A program made the position numbers and the translations under genes. This document shows, piece after piece, positions 28,267 through 32,000 of a DNA stretch of 32,000 nucleotides. Under the pieces are notes generated by a model. It worked only from the letters and a program-made list of their open reading frames with translations, ran no database searches and had not been told where the DNA came from. Positions within the stretch are counted from its first letter, which is position 1. Every line of letters begins with the position of its first letter. The DNA is from Mucisphaera calidilacus (GTDB lineage Bacteria > Planctomycetota > Phycisphaerae > Phycisphaerales > Phycisphaeraceae). The stretch is taken from NCBI RefSeq assembly GCF_007748075.1, contig NZ_CP036280.1:1320001-1352000 (forward strand), in the 5' to 3' direction.

Positions 28267-29334
28267 TCAGGTTCCAATGCGGAAGCTGTAATCGTGTCGG
28301 CGTCTCCTGCGGTCGTTCTCAACGGGGACGGAGGTCTTGCGACGGCAGGCCCGCCGCATCAGGTGCATGGCGCTGAGGCAGGCGCACATGATGGTCAGAG
28401 CGGTGCCCACGGCCATCAGGGGCAGGGTTACGTCCAGGGCGGTCTGTGTGAAGCTTGCCCGGGCGAGTTCGGCGCTGAAGGAGATCGCCGCGATCACGAT
28501 CATGGCGGTGGTCCAGCCGCTGTTGGCCCGGGGTTTGACCAGCAAGGCGATGATCAGCAGCGCGACGAGCGTGTAGCCAAGGAAGGCGATGAGCAGCTGA
28601 GTAGCGGCCACGTCGTAGGATCGCTGCCACTGTTCGGCGAAGGGGACAATCCCGCTGCCGCTGTCGATCAGACGCGTCAGAACGATGGCGATCAGCAGAC
28701 CCATCAGAACGGCGGTGCCGATGGCCCATGATCCCGCGTCGGGGTGCCGGCGCAGCTCACGCATGCTGTCGTAGAGATGGTGCAGCGTTGATGCGTTGAT
28801 GCGGTAGGCGTGAAGGCTGAGGTGGGTCATGGCGTGACGCACCGGTATGGCGATGATCGCGCCGAGTGTGGCGGCACCGGTGTTCACGAGAACGTCGTTG
28901 GCTGCGGAGACGCGTGCAGGCGAGAAGGCCTGAGTGGTCTCCATCGTCCAGCTGACCGTCGCTGCTAGGAGGATGGAGAGGCCAAGCCCGGCGTTGAAAC
29001 CGGCCCGTGGTCGCCAGGCGAGCATCCACAGCAGGCCCAGCGGGAGAAAGATCAGCGTGTTGGCCAACAGGTCACTGGCGGCTTTTGACATGCCCGCCGA
29101 GGAATAGGCCTCGGGGTAGACGTACCAGTGGGTCGGTGCCGCAAGCGCTGTTGCGAGCACAGCCGTGGCACTCTGCCCGTCTCGGGCGACGTGGCCCCAC
29201 GACTGATCGAAGGGGATCATTCCGCCGTAGATCAGCAGTGCTGACCAGAGCATCGCCAGCGTGAGCGGTCGTCGCCACCACGGAGCGGACCAGTTGCCCG
29301 GTGTCGGGATGTGATTGCTGCCAGACGTTTGCAT
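28267..29334 (-). CDS. VanZ-like polytopic membrane protein with an extra C-terminal membrane domain
   Basis: 355 aa with multiple TM segments. The VanZ-type blocks are DLLANTLIFLPLGLLW and SAANDVLVNTGAATLGAIIA. The C-terminal half has further TM helices and an Arg-rich tail. Confidence 0.5.
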   Translation of the reverse strand: MQTSGSNHIPTPGNWSAPWWRRPLTLAMLWSALLIYGGMIPFDQSWGHVARDGQSATAVLATALAAPTHWYVYPEAYSSAGMSKAASDLLANTLIFLPLGLLWMLAWRPRAGFNAGLGLSILLAATVSWTMETTQAFSPARVSAANDVLVNTGAATLGAIIAIPVRHAMTHLSLHAYRINASTLHHLYDSMRELRRHPDAGSWAIGTAVLMGLLIAIVLTRLIDSGSGIVPFAEQWQRSYDVAATQLLIAFLGYTLVALLIIALLVKPRANSGWTTAMIVIAAISFSAELARASFTQTALDVTLPLMAVGTALTIMCACLSAMHLMRRACRRKTSVPVENDRRRRRHDYSFRIGT

Positions 29335-29494
29335 GTGATCGGTACCCCTGCCGCACAGCGGCGGGCATGTTGTACCTCGAAGCTACGATTCAGCAGGGTC
29401 CAAAGCCAGCGAATTCGAGAAGAAATCGTCGCTTGGTACCGAGGTGTCGGCACAGACGGATCCCGCCACTCGATGGCTTTGCTAGATTGCCCCG

Positions 29495-29827
29495 ATGACC
29501 GAGATGGCACAAACCGACTTCATGCGGACGACCGAAGCCGGCCTTGAGCTTCACCTCAAAGTGGTGCCCGGCTCGAAGCGATCAGCGGTGATCGGTCTGC
29601 TCGGTGATCGTCTGAAGATCGCTGTTTCGGCGCCTCCGGAGGCGGGCAAGGCCAACAAGGAGGTCGTTGCCCTGCTGGCCGCGAAGCTGTCGGTCGCTCA
29701 TCGTGACGTGACCATCATCAGAGGGGCGGCTCAGCCGCGGAAGACGGCGTTGATCGCTGGTGTGAGCGAACGAGAGGCCGTGTCACGACTTGGTTTGTCC
29801 GACCCGACATCCCGAAGCGCGTCATAA
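29495..29827 (+). CDS. yggU: DUF167 / UPF0235 family protein (YggU-like)
   Basis: LELHLKVVPGSKRSAVIGLLGDRLKIAVSAPPEAGKANKEVVALLA ... VTIIRGAAQPRKTALI is collinear with E. coli YggU. Confidence 0.85.
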   Translation: MTEMAQTDFMRTTEAGLELHLKVVPGSKRSAVIGLLGDRLKIAVSAPPEAGKANKEVVALLAAKLSVAHRDVTIIRGAAQPRKTALIAGVSEREAVSRLGLSDPTSRSAS

Positions 29828-29834
29828 TGGGGTA

Positions 29835-30821
29835 ATGGGTACGGGCCTGATCTACAGCGAGCGATTCCTTGAGCACCGCACGGGGCCCGGGCACCCCGAG
29901 CGCGTGGAACGCCTGTCGGCGATCGTAGAGCGGCTGCGCAAGACGCATCAGTGGGACGAGGTTCAGCACCTTGCGTTCAAGCCGGCGGACCGCAAGTGGA
30001 TCGATGCCATGCACGATCCCGCGTATGTCGATCGTGTGTTTGAGATCTGCCGCGACGGCGGGGGGCAACTCGACGAGCACGCCGGCGGCGTCTGCTCCGA
30101 GAGTGCGGACATCGCACGACTGGCTGTCGGCGGCGTGCTGCGCGGCTGTGACGCGGTCATGGAGCAGGAGGTGCACAACGCGCTCTGCCTAGTCAGGCCG
30201 CCGGGGCACCACGCCGAGCGTGACCGCTCGATGGGCTTCTGCCTCTTCGGCAATGTCGCCATCGCTGCGAACTATCTGACCCGGGCACACGGGATCAAGC
30301 GTGTCCTCGTCATTGACTGGGACGTTCACCATGGCAACGGCACCCAGCACATGACCGAGGATCGCGCCGACATCTTCTGCATCAACCTCCACCAGCACCC
30401 GATGACCCTCTATCCGGGCACGGGCTACGCCCACGAGCGAGGCAGCGGAGCAGCGGAGGGATTAACGCTCAATCTCCCGCTCGATCCGCACGCCAACGAT
30501 GAACGCTACCGAGCGGTCTGGATGGAGCGTGTCGAGCCGGCCATCCGTGAGTTCGTTCCGCAATTCATCCTGATTTCCGCGGGATTCGACGCCGGCATCG
30601 ACGACCCCCTCGCCAGCATGAACGTGACGACCGATGGTTTCCGGTGGATGACCCGACAAACCAAGACCCTCGCCGAGGAGTTCTGCCGCGGGCGGCTGGT
30701 TTCGGTTCTTGAGGGCGGGTACGACCTGCGCAGTCTCGCCGAGAACGTGTCGGTGCACCTCCGGGCGTTGATGCGTGAGGAGCAGCAGGACGGCCTGATG
30801 GCGATGAAAGCGGGATTCTGA
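29835..30821 (+). CDS. Histone-deacetylase-superfamily amidohydrolase (HDAC / AcuC / acetylpolyamine-type)
   Basis: RPPGHHAERDRSMGFCLFGNVAIAA, VLVIDWDVHHGNGTQH, YPGTG and LEGGYD are the catalytic and zinc-binding blocks of the arginase/deacetylase fold. I prefer the ATG at 29835, just after the yggU stop, over the ORF-track start at 29790, which would overlap yggU by 38 nt. Confidence 0.88.
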   Translation: MGTGLIYSERFLEHRTGPGHPERVERLSAIVERLRKTHQWDEVQHLAFKPADRKWIDAMHDPAYVDRVFEICRDGGGQLDEHAGGVCSESADIARLAVGGVLRGCDAVMEQEVHNALCLVRPPGHHAERDRSMGFCLFGNVAIAANYLTRAHGIKRVLVIDWDVHHGNGTQHMTEDRADIFCINLHQHPMTLYPGTGYAHERGSGAAEGLTLNLPLDPHANDERYRAVWMERVEPAIREFVPQFILISAGFDAGIDDPLASMNVTTDGFRWMTRQTKTLAEEFCRGRLVSVLEGGYDLRSLAENVSVHLRALMREEQQDGLMAMKAGF

Positions 30822-31280
30822 ATGACACAGGTCGAGCAAGAGGCCGAATGGTTTGATCCGGGTCTGAGTTTCGGATGCACCCAGTGCGGCAATTGCTGCA
30901 CCGGGCCGACCGGCTTCGTATGGTTTACCCCGGAGGAGGGGCAGGCGATCGCCAAGGAACTCGGTATCGACGTCGAGACCTTCAAGACTGAGTACGCCGT
31001 CAAGAAGATGGGGCGATGGTCGCTCGCCGAGGTCAAACGCGGGCACCTGTATGACTGTGTATTCCTGACCTGGAACGAAGACCACACTAAGGCGGGCTGC
31101 TCGATCTACAACGTTCGCCCCACGCAGTGCCGCACCTGGCCGTTCTGGCCGAGCAACCTGAAATCGCAGATCGGCTGGGACCTCGCCGCGCGACACTGCC
31201 CGGGCATGCGCCTGGGCGGGCAGTTCGTGCCTTCCGACCAGATCCGCATCCAGCGTGACCGCAGCGACCCGAGACTCTGA
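30822..31280 (+). CDS. YkgJ-family cysteine-cluster protein (CxxCxxCC putative Zn/Fe-chelating domain, UPF0153)
   Basis: The canonical CTQCGNCC is followed by DCVFL ... GCSIYNVRPTQCRTWPFWP. Its ATG abuts the deacetylase stop (TGAATG at 30819..30824). Confidence 0.7.
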   Translation: MTQVEQEAEWFDPGLSFGCTQCGNCCTGPTGFVWFTPEEGQAIAKELGIDVETFKTEYAVKKMGRWSLAEVKRGHLYDCVFLTWNEDHTKAGCSIYNVRPTQCRTWPFWPSNLKSQIGWDLAARHCPGMRLGGQFVPSDQIRIQRDRSDPRL

Positions 31281-31282
31281 CC

Positions 31283-31792
31283 ATGGATGAGCAGCGACGC
31301 GACGCCTGGCGGCAGTGGCTCGACGCCGCACGTGATCCCGAAGTCGATGGTTTTCTGCAGAGTTTTTACGGTGATCTCGATCGAGCTGTCGCCCAGCGGG
31401 CACCGCGTTGTGATCAGAGCGGGCGCTGTTGTGACTTCGACGGCTACGGGCATCGTCTGTACGTCACGGGCCTTGAGATCGCACGATTCCTGAGGCACGC
31501 GCCGCCTCCCGAACCGGCGTCGGACTATCCGCTACGGGTCCTGACAGAGCATCGCCCGGCCTGTGTCTATCAGGTCGATGGCCTTTGCTCGACGCACGCC
31601 ATCCGCCCGCTCGGTTGCAGGGTCTTTTTCTGCGAACCGGGTACCGAAGACTGGCAGCAGCAGACGTATGAACGCTTCATGAACCGACTCAAGGCCGAGC
31701 ACGAGCGCCTCGGGCTTCCTTACGCCTATATGGAGTGGCGCGCGGGGTTGGCCGAGGCCGCGTCGATCCGCTCGATCAGTTCCGAGGGGTGA
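31283..31792 (+). CDS. Second, divergent YkgJ-like cysteine-cluster protein
   Basis: It has a variant first motif CDQSGRCC, then ACVYQVDGLCSTHAIRPLGCRVFFC. The start is 2 nt after the preceding stop. Confidence 0.55.
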   Translation: MDEQRRDAWRQWLDAARDPEVDGFLQSFYGDLDRAVAQRAPRCDQSGRCCDFDGYGHRLYVTGLEIARFLRHAPPPEPASDYPLRVLTEHRPACVYQVDGLCSTHAIRPLGCRVFFCEPGTEDWQQQTYERFMNRLKAEHERLGLPYAYMEWRAGLAEAASIRSISSEG

Positions 31793-32000
31793 TCGATCAG
31801 CAGGTCGGCGCCCGCGTCGAGAAGTGTCTGAGGGTTGTGCTCAGCCGACTGAATCCCCCATGTGACGCCGACCGCGACCATGCCCGCGGCCATGGCCGTC
31901 TCGATGTCCACGGTCATGTCGCCGACGAACCACCAGTCGGCCGGATCTCCGCCGGCCTGATCGATGATGCGAAGGGCCGCGGCGGGGTCGGGCTTGACCG
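31726..32000 (-). CDS. HAD-superfamily hydrolase (phosphoglycolate-phosphatase-like), C-terminal part only; the gene continues beyond the window
   Basis: The frame is open from 32000 downward. It reads VKPDPAAALRIIDQAGGDPADWWFVGDMTVDIETAMAAGMVAVGVTWG, which covers HAD motifs III and IV. The Met at 31917 in the ORF track is internal. Confidence 0.7.
   Translation of the reverse strand, partial: VKPDPAAALRIIDQAGGDPADWWFVGDMTVDIETAMAAGMVAVGVTWGIQSAEHNPQTLLDAGADLLIDHPSELIERIDAASANPARHSI

Noticed and set aside
29790-29834. The ORF-track start at 29790 for the deacetylase.
   Set aside because: It would overlap the yggU 3' end by 38 nt. The ATG at 29835 gives MGTGLIYSERFLEH, a typical HDAC-family N-terminus, directly after the yggU stop.
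31726-31917. The 63-aa ORF as a complete small gene.
   Set aside because: The frame stays open upstream to the window edge and encodes HAD motif III/IV sequence (KPDP...VGDMTVDI). It is therefore the C-terminus of a longer HAD hydrolase gene.

Overview
High-GC bacterial chromosomal segment, roughly two-thirds G+C by eye (not computed), and densely coding. Most genes are core housekeeping. In order: mfd (5' truncated by the window edge); a secreted M64-like metalloprotease with a PEP-CTERM tail; trmL; a small minus-strand pair (ABC ATPase plus a Gln/Pro-rich membrane protein); and rplM-rpsI. A roughly 14-kb co-directional minus-strand array follows: nusA-infB-DUF503-rbfA, an HhH-GPD-like protein with a lysine-rich tail, hisG, a 991-aa TPR protein, an AT-rich break, then gyrB, a membrane protein and rbsK. 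Next is a glycan-modification cluster (UbiA-like membrane protein, FkbM methyltransferase, two divergent glycosyltransferases). After that come a short uvrC and a VanZ-like membrane protein. A tightly coupled yggU / deacetylase / 2x CxxCxxCC-protein operon and a partial HAD hydrolase close the window. The PEP-CTERM signal, the dockerin-like Asp repeats and the PEP-CTERM-associated type of glycosyltransferase suggest a PVC/Planctomycetota-like organism; this is inference only. I found no tRNA, rRNA, CRISPR array, transposase, integrase or recognisable defence system. I found no convincing novel multi-gene system. The best leads are: (1) a strong promoter, a hairpin-dense ~250-nt untranslated RNA and an intrinsic terminator where rimP normally sits upstream of nusA; (2) the HhH-GPD-like protein with a histone-H1-like tail inside the translation-factor array; (3) the deacetylase plus double cysteine-cluster operon. 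All product calls rest on motifs I recognise by reading the translations. No database search was run.
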